Assembly (NCBI RefSeq): GCF_001194135.2
Contig: NC_068996.1
Span: forward strand, 18,078,942-18,142,941
Reading direction: 5' to 3'
DNA: 64,000 bases
Source: Octopus bimaculoides
Lineage: Eukaryota
Shown here: positions 26,435-38,902 of the stretch, piece after piece
Position numbering within the stretch: the stretch's first letter is position 1
Layout: each line of letters starts with the position of its first letter
Translations under genes and position numbers: made by a program
The notes under the pieces: model-generated
Told to the model about the DNA's origin: nothing
Databases searched by the model: none
Seen by the model: only the letters and a program-made list of their open reading frames with translations

Positions 26435-26651
26435 CCCTTTAGCATTTAAACCAGTTGTATCTTGCCAAAATATTCAACCTGTTTTGTATTCAGACCAGCC
26501 AGACCTGGTCTTTCACACATACTCTACGTCAATCTGAAACTGAACAATCACATAATTGAAATCTTAAAGTTATGAGATAATGCATAATTAATTCAAAACA
26601 GTGTGGCTAAATAAGCTTTACACTTGATAGAATAGTCTGAATGCTAAAGGG
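26435..26651 (+). mobile_element. piggyBac-like MITE
   Basis: TTAA|CCCTTTAG...CTAAAGGG|TTAA; homologous to 7299-7519. Confidence 0.8.
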
Positions 26652-27186
26652 TTAAATGTCTGTATCTGCTTTTAGTTTGGTAAATTTTCTAAGTTAATGC
26701 TTTCTTAGCAAATTAACAAGAACAAAATACCAATCAATGTAATCTGAATTAATAAATTAATAAATCTTTGCAATATTAGTTATATTGTGGTATGTACTTT
26801 AGATGGTACATATTGACACTGTATGTCTGAGAAGACAGCAACTACATATCAACACACACTTAAAGCCTTCTAGTCTGATGTTCCCCTTAATACTTTTTTA
26901 CCTGTTGATTTATAGTTGACTGTTTAATGTAGTCAGTATGAAACTGAAGTTTATAATTTTATACCAGTGAACACTTAACTTTTGCTATTAGTGTTTTGAG
27001 TGCTCACATTTAAAAGAAAAAATATACTCGTTGAATTTTAAACTTACTTTGCATTCTATTAAGATGGATTTATGCATGAATTAGCAAATTAACATTTTGT
27101 TGGCTATACATATATTTATACATATATATGTAACCTTATGAAGACTAAATAATCTGCTTGCTGGTAAGTATTCCAGTTGGATATAA

Positions 27187-28090
27187 AATTAAGGGATTGC
27201 TTAAATGGAATCACTTCTAAATTAACTGTCTTCCCCCCCCCCCTTTTTTTTGTAAAGTTCAAGTGTAATTGTTCTTCATCTTATGTGGTACCAATAAAAC
27301 ACTTAGTAATATTTAAAGGTAAGGAATTAACCAAATTGTGAGAGCATTAGACAACTACATTGCTGTCTTTGTTATGACTTTATATGTTCGGAGTTCAAAT
27401 CCTGGCAAAGTTAAAATCATATCTTGATCATTCTTTCTGATTGAAGAAGACTATTTTAAGAATCTTCTGGATGTTGAATGAAGTTGCTTGTTGGCATATA
27501 AAAACATTTTTTCCTTCCAATTTTGCATCAAAACTGTGAACACAATTCATTTAATCAATTTTCAGGTTGTTCAGTACAAGCAGCAAACTAGGCTTGAAGA
27601 GAAAAGACGAAAAGCTTTAGATATACACCTGAATTTCATAGTTGACCAAACAGAAAAATATTCTTCATGGTTAACAGAAAGTCTAGCTAAATCTGATATG
27701 GGAAAAGGTGTTTCATCTTCTGTTGTTGGGTCCATAACAAGTACTCCCGAACATTCCAACGCCAGTGGAGATGGTAATGCACAAATTTTCTCACGAAATT
27801 TCTTAATTTTAGAGATATAATTTTGTTTCCCTGTTTTATTATGGTTATTTATTTAATAATCATTATTTAAAGTAATTAAGGAGTTGCTTAAATGGAATTG
27901 CTTCTAAATTGTCTTCCTCCACTTTTTTTTTTAAAAGTTCAAATCTCATTGTTGCTTTTCATCTCATGTGGTACAAGTAAAACACTTAGTAGTAATATTT
28001 AAAGGTAATGAATTAACCAAATTGTGAGAGCGTTAGACAAGTACATTGTCTTTGTTACGGCTTTATATGTTCAGAGTTCAAATCCTGCCA
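27187..28090 (+). repeat. Local direct repeat of about 220 bp (27187-27407 and 27874-28090) flanking exon 7
   Basis: Shared TTGCTTAAATGGAAT...AAAACACTTAGTA...TAATATTTAAAGGTAA...AACCAAATTGTGAGAGC...GAGTTCAAATCCTG. Confidence 0.85.
27566..27773 (+). CDS. dom: dom exon 7, post-HSA
   Basis: VVQYKQQTRLEEKRRKALDIHLNFIVDQTEKYSSWL...; TTTCAG| acceptor, G|GTAATG donor, phase 0-1. Confidence 0.93.
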
Positions 28091-28480
28091 GAATAGTGGA
28101 TAAGAAGAATTGTCAGAGTATTAGACAAAATATTTTGTGTTAATTGTTTCAGCTCTATACATTCTGAATAACTTCATAGGTGTTGAAAGCTTGTTTAAAA
28201 TTACTTGAAAAATGGTGTTTCCTAAAAATGAACACACTTTGGATGTCAACGGGAAACTAACTCATGGTGGATGCCTAAGAAATCACCACGTGTTATTAAT
28301 GACCTCATTGCATAAGATATAGAGCGTAGGTTGTAGTGGAGGGAGGCAGTGATGTTTGACTTATAATTTGTTATTTTTGTAAAGTAAGAGATTCAAAAAT
28401 TATAGCATTCAAAATATGTAACCCTAAACTTCATGTTATGAACTGAATGTAATATATATTTCTTTATATTTTGTTTTAAG

Positions 28481-28560
28481 ATGACTTTGAACCTGATCAG
28501 AGTGAAACAGATGATGAAGAAACTATTGACAAAGAAGAAAGAGAAACTGGGAATAATGAG
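28481..28560 (+). CDS. dom: dom exon 8, acidic
   Basis: DDFEPDQSETDDEETIDKEERETGNNE; TTTAAG| acceptor, GAG|GTACAT donor, phase 1-0. Not in ORF track. Confidence 0.88.
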
Positions 28561-29408
28561 GTACATTACTGAACATTACATTACTTTTGGTTCCTTATCC
28601 CCACAAATTTCTACTCACTTTGTACCTTGAGGATCCACTTATCTCTTTCCAGATCTACATGACTACTTCCACCCTTGTTTTGTAATATACGAGTAATGAT
28701 GTATCTCCTCTTCTACTAGAAGTCTGCTCTGTTCTGACCCCCTTTTTTTCATACTTTAACTCCTCTTGCCTTTTTCATGATAGTTGCATGGTCACCTTTA
28801 GTGTGCTAGTGCCATGTAAGAAAGTATTCAGTGCATACTGTAAAGTGGTTGGCATTAGGAAGAGCATCCAATCATACAAAGCACTGGAACATGATGCAGT
28901 TCTAGCAACTGCCAGATCACCCAACCCATGCCACCATGGAACATAGACATTAAATGGTGATCATTACTAAAGGTATTTTTTAAACTTATAAATATATACA
29001 AGAACAACTATGTTTTAATCTGAAGAAAGTGTTGCACATACTTTGAGCTTATATATTGATCATAGTAATAACTGCCTATAGTAGAAAACACCCATGAACC
29101 TAAATCCACATGGTTTCAAGTTATTTCTTTGTGTGCTCGACCGTATGTGGCTAGAAGTAGATCATCAGCCTGAGGCAGGCAGGTTTTAGTTGGAGGTAAT
29201 GCTTTTTAGTTTGTACCATATTTTGCTCTGGTTTATATATATATAAATACACACACACACGCACGCACGCACAGAGAGAGAGAGAGAGACAGAGTATTGA
29301 ATATTAGGAAGGACATCCTGACATACAACACCTAACCATTGAGAAGTAACTCAGGTCATGCTGAGCCATCCAACCCATGCCAGCGTAGAAAGCAGCTATA
29401 AAAATGGT

Positions 29409-29986
29409 GGATCTTTTTTAAAACGGGGTCCACATTTTTCATTAATGTTTTACGTAGTGTTTTTGGTACCGAAAGACTTTCAAACTTCGTATACTTATCT
29501 ATTTTGTGTTATAGAACAGAAAAATATTTTTGTATTCGAATTTATTTCATGTAAAAAAATTGTCTTATTTCGATAATTTCAACCAATCACTGACAAGTAT
29601 TCAGTTGTTTATATTTACTCCTTTGGCTAATTAAGCCATAGCTTCGCTTTATTTGCTTTTTTCATTTTCTTTTTTTTTTCTTCGTTTTATTTGGTTTTTT
29701 CTTTTTAAATTTGCTGTTTTACCCTAACCCTAACCCTATCACCGATAAAATTGTTTCAGAATCGTTTGTTTATGTAGTCGGCACTTAATGTATATCGGCT
29801 GAATGGACGTCAGTGATTGGTTGAAATTACAAAAATACAACAACTTTAACATGGAATAACTTAGGGATTTCTTTTTTTTTAAGAAGACTAAGAGAAAAAG
29901 ATGTTTTATATGACACATTCTACCAGTGTTCCAAGTTTCAAAGTGTTTCGTTAATGAAAAATGTGGCCCCCGTTTTAAAAAAGATC
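29409..29986. mobile_element. Non-autonomous DNA transposon with 8-bp TSD
   Basis: TIR GGATCTTTTTTAAAACGGGG(T)CCACATTTTTCATTAA and its complement. AAAATGGT on both sides. Inner inverted AATTTCAACCAATCACTGAC. Internal (CCCTAA) tract. Confidence 0.88.
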
Positions 29987-31944
29987 CAAAATGGTGGTTC
30001 AGTCAGAAAAGGGAAATCGACACCCATTACCTTCTGCAAGATAGAAAGGAACCATAATAGATGAAGTAGTTATCGTTTTGACTGGAAACCAGGCCAAATA
30101 CTTGCAACAAAGTGACTTCACTAAAAAGCTTAAAGCAGCCAAGTGTTGGTTGTGGAGGTGGTGTTAAACTGAGTGAAGGATTATACTTGCCAGTCAAGAG
30201 CAATTTCAGTCCAGCCAACATACTTCCACAGGTTCTATTTACTAAATTACACTGAAATGGTTTGGATCCACCTGTGACTATAACAGAAAATGCTTTTCAA
30301 TAGGTGTTATGCAGCAGAGTTAACCCTTAACTCAATATCACTTTCAAGCTATTTGGAATTACAGTATAGTAGATATATAAGTAAAACAGTTAGGGGAATG
30401 TTCATATACACTGTATATCAAAACTGCTATTGCCAGCACCTGTCACCTAATTTGCTTACTATTTGGAAAAGGAGACTTTATACTCTCATTTTACTTACTA
30501 GAAATAACATATTTCCCTAAGATTTTGGCCTATAATTCTATGCAATATATGTAAGGGGCTCTTTCATTTTATGACTATTTAGTCTACTGGAGCTTTAACA
30601 GAAGACACTTTTTCATGGTGTTATGAAGTGGGACTGAATTACATGGTTGGAAAGCAAACTTCTCAGCCACATACCACACTTGTAAAGTGTGCCAACAGAA
30701 AGGCCAGAAATGGTTATTAGAGAGGTGTTGATCAGGGGTAGGGGAGTAAATATATGCATAGAGAATACTCAGTAATTTAGGCAAGTACATTTGTGTAGGT
30801 AACTTGAAAGGGGAATTGGAGAGACAAGAAAGAATGCAACTAGTTCTCAGTAAAGTTACTTACAAACAAGCAGAGAATATGACAAGCTCTCCTACTATTT
30901 CATCTGTTGAAACCATGTCAAAAACTGTAAAGTGATAGTAAAGCAGCCCCTTTGACCAGCAGATCTTAATATGTACTAACTTGGTTGTAACAATCTATCC
31001 ATTACATTCCAGTAATGATTGATGTAAAATATTGACACTGATTTCTGATTACTTTACATTCATAGTTACTTGTATTTCGTGTTCAAGTAAAATATCAATG
31101 TAATTTTATGTAAATACATCACTGATCAAGTATTTCTTTTGACAATAGATCATACTGATGGAAAATTTATACTCAGACATAGTTAAATGAGAATGTTCCT
31201 TTTTGTTAATAATCATTGTCATCATTTAACATTCTCCCATGATGGTGTGAGTTGGATAGTTTGGCAGGATCCAGTGGGCTGTGTGGCATTACATTGTCTG
31301 CTTTGGCATGGTTTCTGACTTAATACTCTGCTTGATGTCACCTACTTTACAAAATGTTATGGTGCTGTCTTTGTGATGCTAGCAAAAGTGAAGAAGGTCA
31401 CCAAGTATCTTAACAAGATAAAGCATAAGAAATGTCTTGGCATGAGGGAACTTTATGGCAGGTTGAGTTGTCCTGAAATTTTAACTCTTTCTCCAATGGT
31501 TATATTCTATTACTAGCACATGATTACTCAGCCAAACATGTTTCTTTTCCATACTGTATTCTTTCTTGAAAAATTAACGATATTCTTCCAACGTACTGTA
31601 ATTAACCATCTCTCTTATTCAATATTTTTCTCCAGTATCACCTCATACTTTCTCCACAAATCCATATACACACACTGGCTTGCCAAAATTTATGTAGTTG
31701 ATACTACTATCCATGCAGAGCTTGCATTTCTCAGCAATTGTTTTAGACTTTTGAAAATAATCTAAAATAGATGGATTATGAATAGAATCAGACGTTTGGA
31801 ACTACTTTGTTTAAAATTACCTTTGAAATTTTGTGGATACTTTCAAAGCTTTGAAAGAATTGATAAATTAATTTTTGTGAAAAGAATGGAATTATGAAAA
31901 GATAAAGAAATTTAAATGTTTATATGGTTGTTTTTTCATTTCAG

Positions 31945-32085
31945 TCTATCCAAGATGAAATAGCCCTTTTACAAAAGGAAGGGGATGTACCCCTGGAAGA
32001 ACTTTTGAAAAGCCTCCCAGAAGAAATTCTCGAAAAACCTGCAGAATTAAAGCCAGAAAGAAAGATAAAAGTTTCTGATTCAGAG
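31945..32085 (+). CDS. dom: dom exon 9
   Basis: SIQDEIALLQKEGDVPLEELLKSLPEEIL...; phase 0-0, GAG|GTGAGA donor. Confidence 0.92.
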
Positions 32086-32253
32086 GTGAGAAGACGGTTC
32101 ATCTAAAATTGGGTTATCGTGACCCATTTATTGCAAATTGATAGTTTCCATACAAGTAATATATTAATAATTGTTATCCTCATTTGGCATTCATTACTCT
32201 ATGATTATCGATATCTTAAAAGATTCAATCCATTTCTCTCTTTCTTTCCCCAG

Positions 32254-32386
32254 GAGAAAGTTAGTGATGAAGAATTTCAAACAGAAGATCAAGAAGAGGA
32301 AGATATGGAAGATACCATTGAAGAACAAGAAAAACATGAAAGAAATCAAAGCCATCTTGAAGAAATATCAGAGCTAGAAAAAGAAG
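32254..32386 (+). CDS. dom: dom exon 10, acidic
   Basis: EKVSDEEFQTEDQEEEDMEDTIEEQEKHERNQSHLEEISELEKE; CCCCAG| acceptor, G|GTATGT donor. Confidence 0.92.
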
Positions 32387-32858
32387 GTATGTGTTATTGG
32401 TTATATTTCACAATACATTGGATTTTTAATGCGTTGGATATTATTTTAATGTTATTTTTATCATAGAATAAATTAGTTGTCTATTAGTTAAATATAAACT
32501 TTAAAAAAATTTATCTTTATTCTTCATGATTAAAAATTCATTCTTACCATTTGAACTTTTCTCATAATTGTATTCAATCAAATTCGATTTTTGAATTTGA
32601 TTCTGATTAATTATTTTCTCTGCTGTATATTTTATATTTGGTTAATAATGTTTAATGTTGAAATAGTTATAGGAACCTGTTAGATTTTATATTGTTTCCT
32701 TTTGCATGTGTGTATTTTGTGTAAATACACACAAAATGCACAAATATTTTCTGGTTTTAAATCCACGTTTCATCCAGATACTGCAAATGATTATCAAAGA
32801 GCATAACAAAAAAGTATCTTTTCTATTAACTTAATATAATTGTGGAACTTATTTTCAG

Positions 32859-32984
32859 GTGAAATGTCTATTGAAGAATTAATTAAGAAGTATGAAGGTG
32901 CTTACAACAGTGATTTTGAGATGCCAGATGTTGAGGAATCTGGAGACACAACAGAAGACACTGAAGAGTATGGATCTGATAATG
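32859..32984 (+). CDS. dom: dom exon 11, acidic
   Basis: GEMSIEELIKKYEGAYNSDFEMPDVEESGDTTEDTEEYGSDN; phase 1-1. Not in ORF track. Confidence 0.9.
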
Positions 32985-33082
32985 GTAAATTAACGATTTA
33001 ATTTTAAATATTTTTGTTTCAGTTTTGGTGTGTATGTTGATTTGCTTTAGTAACACCAACAAACTTAACCTTTTTCATTTAG

Positions 33083-33222
33083 ATGATACTGAAGAAGAGG
33101 AGGATCAAGAAGAGGAGGAGGAAGAAGATGATGATGAAGACAGCAATAATGGTGTTAATGAAGAGATTGGACTGGAATATTTAATGCATCCGGAAATTCA
33201 GGAAGGTTCTCAATCTAATAAG
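33083..33222 (+). CDS. dom: dom exon 12, poly-E/D
   Basis: DDTEEEEDQEEEEEEDDDEDSNNGVNEEIGLEYLMHPE...; phase 1-0, AAG|GTATGT donor. Confidence 0.9.
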
Positions 33223-34109
33223 GTATGTCATTCTTCTTTTTTTTTTTTTACTTGCTCAGTCTGGAGGAAGAGGCATTGAGTGCTGAGAGTGTGTTGTAGA
33301 CTAGTGAGAATGCTGCCATTAATGTTCTTCTTGAACGTTTGTAATCAGCACCTGTGTGGAACATATGAGCATAGAAGCTCTAGGGGAACAAAGTTACTGG
33401 AAAGAAATCCTAAGCATTATGTGGGGCCTTGTAGAGTTGGATATTATGGTGGTGCTGAGTGGATGAAGGATGAGTAAAATACAATGCTTGAGTGGAAGTA
33501 GGGTGACCTTAGCGAGCTGTGAGCAATAACGGTCAAGTCAGTAACAGAAGAAAAGGCAGAGAGAGGAGTTAGCACACCTGTGGTGGGCTAGAGGTTGGGG
33601 TGTTGCAAAACACTACATAATGTTATTTCAGCATAACTGGCAGGGATTTATTTTTGTATTATATCTTAGTAGTAAGAAGCATATGTATTAGGTTTCGTAC
33701 AATATAACGGATTTATGAGAACTGTGTTTGTAAAACAGGTCATGATGATGATAGTGTAGAGCTCTAGAAAGTAATAATGCAGAAATAAATTTTCTTTATG
33801 GTGTATATATCTGGAACACCCTCTGTTCTTGTGTACATCTCTTTTGTATTTGCATACTTTTTCATAAAGTCTTTTTTTTTTTTTTGTCATAACAAAAAAA
33901 AATTGGAAAAAGTTACGAATTAAGAAATTGCAGTGGGGATAGGGGGAAAATTTAGATATTGAAAATGTGATTTCTGGACCCCCTTTTATACGTTGAAACA
34001 ATACATAGTTTCTGATCCTTAAGAGCAGAAAGCACTTTAATGCATATTGTACCCTCGCTCTTCACTATTAAACAAACAGTAACTTCCATTATTCCATTAA
34101 ATGTGTGTG

Positions 34110-34140
<31 letters not shown>

Positions 34141-34171
34141 CCATATTCATATATATCCAAATCCATTTTAG

Positions 34172-34273
34172 GCTGCAACATTAGAAGGAAAGGCACCTGG
34201 AAAAGAAATTACCGATATTGCTGCTGAAGCACAAAGTTTACAGCCAAAAGGATACACTCTGGAAACTACTCAG
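34172..34273 (+). CDS. dom: dom exon 13, pre-ATPase
   Basis: AATLEGKAPGKEITDIAAEAQSLQPKGYTLETTQ, the conserved 'AESLQPKGYTL'-type block of the family; phase 0-0. Not in ORF track. Confidence 0.93.
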
Positions 34274-34789
34274 GTTAGTTAATCATTTATGTTAATTATT
34301 AACTAAGTGAATATTTTGTTTCATTTCTTTGATTCATTTCTTTTCATCCTGTCTTTCATATATATATATTTTAAACTCCAGCAACATCAGGCAGTGGCAC
34401 AGTGTCTTTCCCTGTTTTTGAATTGTTTATGTTCTATCACTGGTTTTATTCCCATTTCCTATAAGTTGGCATTCTTTCAGATTTTCAAATGTTTTCATAA
34501 TTAGAAATGTTCTTCAACTTCTTCGTATGTTCAGTTCTTAATTTTTTTTATTTTGAAGTTTTGGCAATGAATTAGCATTATGATTGTCATTTGTAGAATT
34601 ATGGCTATTGCTTCATTTTTCCACATGAATGTTATTAATGAAAAAACTTGAATTAGATAATAATCAGGTTCATAAATTAAATGCTAGTTAGTCCTATAGG
34701 AAAACCTATTAGGCACCATCCACATTACAAGCATGATTACTAAAATGTTTGAATACTTATTTTAAACAGAAAGAAAATGTATGTGTGTG

Positions 34790-34823
<34 letters not shown>

Positions 34824-36176
34824 ATTATGATCATTGTTTTTAAATCTGCTTTTTGTAAGGGTTAGACAAAACTTATTTAGATAGTATACTTACTTAGGCA
34901 GTGTTGTATGACCCCCATTGTCGCTAAAGCTTATTTCTCAAGTGAAGTATTGTTATTCCACTGGTCTTCACACAAAACTGCTGAGCTAGTGGCATATAGT
35001 TAAGGGAAGACCTACCTTGTTATGTTTCTCTCACCACCTGGCACAAAGCTTCTTCCCTCAATACTACTCTCACCCTGCAGTTGGGGAGTCTTGTCCTGCA
35101 AGTTACTTGCTGTCCTAACTGGTGCTGGTAGTATAAAAAAATGTACCCTGTACACTGTAAAGTTGTTGGCATTAGGAAGAGTATACAGCCATAGAATTCA
35201 TGCTAAAGTAGACACTTAAACTCGGAGTAGTTGTTTGGCTTGCCACCCCCTGTCAAACTATGTAATCTTTGCAACTATGGAAGGAGGGTTTTACATATAT
35301 CATTGTTTTGATGTTCACTTTTTCATGTCAACTAGTATTTGGGTGTGTACATGTTCATATTTGCAAGTATTGGCTGTATAGGTGAGAAGTCTGTTGTAAC
35401 CATGTAGTTGACTGTTCAGTCCTGCTCTGTGATGCCTTGGGCAGATGCTGCCATGTAGCAAGCTGAAATCCAAAACCACACCAGTGCCCTGTGGGATAAA
35501 AATATAGTTTTGGGTTGAAGACAGGTGGATGGGGATCTAAGCAAAGAATATGGCTTCATTAAGTTTTGGCACAACTGATGCCAGCATGGGAAAGGCTGTC
35601 TTTGAAAAACAGCATTGAGATGGACATATGAGCATATGCATGTACACATATGTGTCTACTTTAGTTTTGGATTGGTACATCATACATTTTAACTACCTAT
35701 TTTATGTGTTAAAAGGCAACTAATAGAGTTAGCAACAAAAAGAACAACCAGTTGTAAAACACTGTCCTGAGTAATCAAAGAAATATGTCTGTGCATATAT
35801 GTGTGCATGTGCACATATACATGCAATGTAAGTTGATGGCTTGTATTCTGTGTTTTTATAGCATCCCCCCTCCCTGCTTCATTCTTGTAACTAATGTACT
35901 TACATGATATTAGCAACTTAATTTTAGATTAATTCCACACGCTATTACCACAATCTGTAAATTGCAATAATTTCAAAGCAGAAATCATATAAAATTTTTT
36001 TAATAGTAAGTTTCTTTTGTGTCAGTCTTGCTTATTATTTTTTTTTGTATTTGTTTAGCAGTACTTTTTTTTTTTTAAATTGTTCTTTTAAACAGTTTTT
36101 TTAATTGTAATGTATAATTTACTCATTTTTTGTATGGTGGTAATTTAGTATTTTAATTATATAATATTTAATTCAG

Positions 36177-36354
36177 GTGAAAGTAGCCGTCCCTTTCTTG
36201 TTGAAGCATACTTTACGTGAATATCAGCACGTTGGTCTAGATTGGTTGGCCACGATGCATGAAAAGAAACTCAATGGAATTTTAGCCGATGAAATGGGTT
36301 TGGGTAAAACTATTCAAACTATTGCCTTGTTGGCTCATTTAGCTTGTGAAAAGG
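36177..36354 (+). CDS. dom: dom exon 14, Snf2 ATPase motif I (Walker A)
   Basis: [12 protein letters not shown]...[17 protein letters not shown]; phase 0-1. Confidence 0.97.
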
Positions 36355-36473
36355 GTAATTATTTTAATATCCATTTGAAATTACGTAATCTAATTTATTA
36401 TTTGAAATTAAAAGCTTTTGAAATGCACTTAGTTGTTTGAGCTGATTCTTGTTATTTGTTACTGTTCTATTAG

Positions 36474-36610
36474 GTATTTGGGGTCCGCATTTAATTGTGG
36501 TACCAACTAGTGTAATGCTCAATTGGGAAATGGAGTTAAAGAAATGGTGTCCTGCCTTCAAAATCTTGACATATTATGGTAACCCAAAAGAAAGGAAAGC
36601 TAAGAGAACA
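36474..36610 (+). CDS. dom: dom exon 15, ATPase motif Ia
   Basis: GIWGPHLIVVPTSVMLNWEMELKKWCPAFKILTYYGNPKERKAKRT; phase 1-0. Not in ORF track. Confidence 0.97.
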
Positions 36611-36711
36611 GTGAGTTAAACAATCTATTGAATATTTCATTCTTTATATACATTTTAACAATTTATTTGAACAAGATCTTGCAATTTTCAAAAATGTCAC
36701 TTTTTTTTTAG

Positions 36712-36822
36712 GGTTGGACCAAAACAAATGCGTTCCATGTTTGTATTACGTCCTATAAACTAGTTATTCAAGACCATCAAGCCTTTAGGAGGAAAAAATG
36801 GAAGTATTTCATTTTAGATGAA
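36712..36822 (+). CDS. dom: dom exon 16, up to Walker B (ILDE)
   Basis: GWTKTNAFHVCITSYKLVIQDHQAFRRKKWKYFILDE|GTAAGT. Not in ORF track. Confidence 0.97.
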
Positions 36823-36858
36823 GTAAGTATTGATTTGCAGTTATTTTGATTTATTTAA

Positions 36859-37429
36859 CCCTCTAGTATTTAATCCAGTAATATTTAGCCTTAATATGTT
36901 AAAACTGACCAAATCCAACCTCTTGCACCTTCTATTCAATATCATTCTGAAAATATGCAAACACATCATAGAAATCTTGCATAGGCGTAGGAGTGGCTGT
37001 GTGGTAAGTAGCTTGCTTACCAACCACATGGTCACGGGTTCAGTCCCACTGCGTGGCATCTTGGGCAAGTGTCTTCTACTATAGCCTCGGGCCGACCAAA
37101 GCCTTGTGAGTGGATTTGGTAGACGGAAACTGAAAGAAGCCTGTCGTATATATGTATATATATATATATGTATGTGTTTGTCCCCCCAACATCGCTTGAC
37201 AACCGATGCTGGTGTGATTATGTCCCCGTAACTTAGCGGTTCGGCAAAAGAGACCGATAGAATAAGTACTAGGCTTCCAAAGAATAAGTCCTGGGGTCGA
37301 TTTGCTTGACTAAAGGCGGTGCTCCAGCATGGCCACAGTCGAAAGACTGAAACGAGTAAAAGAGATTAATTCAAACCCTTTGTATTACATAAGTAATATA
37401 TTTGACAAAGAAATCTGAAAGCTAAAGGG
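36859..37429 (+). mobile_element. piggyBac-like MITE interrupted by SINE C
   Basis: TTAA|CCCTCTAG at 36855-36866 and CTAAAGGG|TTAA at 37422-37433, with the SINE between. Confidence 0.7.
36983..37365 (+). mobile_element. tRNA/CORE-like SINE family C, full length
   Basis: Head GGAGTGGCTGTGTGGTAAG, B-box GGGTTCAGTCCC, TTGGGCAAGTGTCTTCTACTATAGCC core, internal (TA)n, tail GAATAAGTCCTGGGGTCGATTTG...CCAGCATGGCC. Confidence 0.85.
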
Positions 37430-37691
37430 TTAATATTGCAAGTGGGTTGTTGAATCATAAGTTAAAGAAGCTGTGTATACCAGTCTCAAAGAAGTGTTCA
37501 TTTATTGTTCTAAAATTTTAATTTTTTAGGACACAGAATTGTCTGAAATCATAAACTTGTAATTAAGATAAAGGCAGTTATGAGTTGTATAGTTACTAAA
37601 CTGCTATAGTGCTGAATATTTTTTTTTTTTCTCCCTTAAATAATTGCTTGATTGCTACTAAATGAAATCCACTGTTTCTCTGAATTTTCAG

Positions 37692-37943
37692 GCTCAAAAT
37701 ATAAAAAATTTCAAGTCTCAACGTTGGCAGACACTTTTAAATTTTCAAAGTCAACGCCGATTATTATTAACTGGAACTCCGCTTCAAAACAGTTTAATGG
37801 AACTTTGGTCATTGATGCACTTTTTGATGCCAAATGTGTTTTCTTCGCATAAGGACTTCAAAGAATGGTTTGCTAATCCATTGTCAGGTATGATAGAGGG
37901 AAGCCATGAATACAATGACAATCTCATCAAACGTTTGCATAAA
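37692..37943 (+). CDS. dom: dom exon 17, motif III
   Basis: AQNIKNFKSQRWQTLLNFQSQRRLLLTGTPLQNSLMELWSLMHFLMP...; phase 0-0. Confidence 0.97.
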
Positions 37944-38765
37944 GTGAGTATGATTTATATATATATATCTTATTTCAGTGTTTTGTTTTGTTTTGTTTTT
38001 TTAATTCAGTTGCTCTGGACTGTATTGCTGGCATTCACAGAAACATATTGGCATAAAAATAATAAAGCAAATGTGTTTTCAGTTAGAAAAATACAAGTAT
38101 GGGGTATTTTCTCTGTGCTGCACTCAAAACTTGCTTCTTTTGCCTTAGTCTCAATTTATCCAATACTTACCTTGTCAGTAGAATTTAATAGACAAAACAA
38201 GACAAACCTGTCGTGCGTGTGTGTTAAAGTATATGCCAGACTGTTAAAGGTTCTTTACAGATGGAGTCAAAATACTGTTGTTCAGTTTTATAGTTGACTG
38301 AGTTTGAAGTTTCACTGCTGCTGATTTATATGAAAATTTATTAGGACTTGGTTTTATTATACAGTAATTAAGGTGAGAAACAGTAGTTTGATTGGGAAAG
38401 CCTGGATATTTGAACCCACGTGGTGGGAGGAGTCTTTGAAAAGTGAAGGCAGTACGTTCAGATTATTACAGAATTAGAAGGCATCAGTGTGGGGAGTTAT
38501 TCATATAGAAATATTTCTTAAAATATGCTTTATGGTAGCTATTTGAAACAAAACCAAAGAGACAAAAGACGAAATCAGCAGCATATACAAGAAATAAAAG
38601 ACACATAGTTTGCAGATGAAGCAGTTCAAAGTAATGAATTGTTATAAGTTTGACTTACTACTGGAAATGAAACTTATTTTAATTGAATTTTTGTTTTATA
38701 TTTTTTCAGTCTCAGAGCACTAGATTCATTCGTTTATGAGAAATCTACTTTTTCTTTTAATGCAG

Positions 38766-38902
38766 GTCTTGCGTCCATTTTTGTTGCGGCGCCTCAAAGA
38801 CGATGTTGAGAAACAAATGCCTAAGAAGTATGAACATGTTGTTATGTGTCGCCTTTCGAAAAGACAGAGATTTCTCTATGATGAATTCATGTCTCAAACA
38901 AA
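38766..38902 (+). CDS. dom: dom exon 18
   Basis: [45 protein letters not shown]; phase 0-2. Not in ORF track. Confidence 0.97.

Noticed and set aside
29721-29737. (CCCTAA) telomere-like tract
   Set aside because: Only about 3 units and internal to a MITE; not an interstitial telomere.
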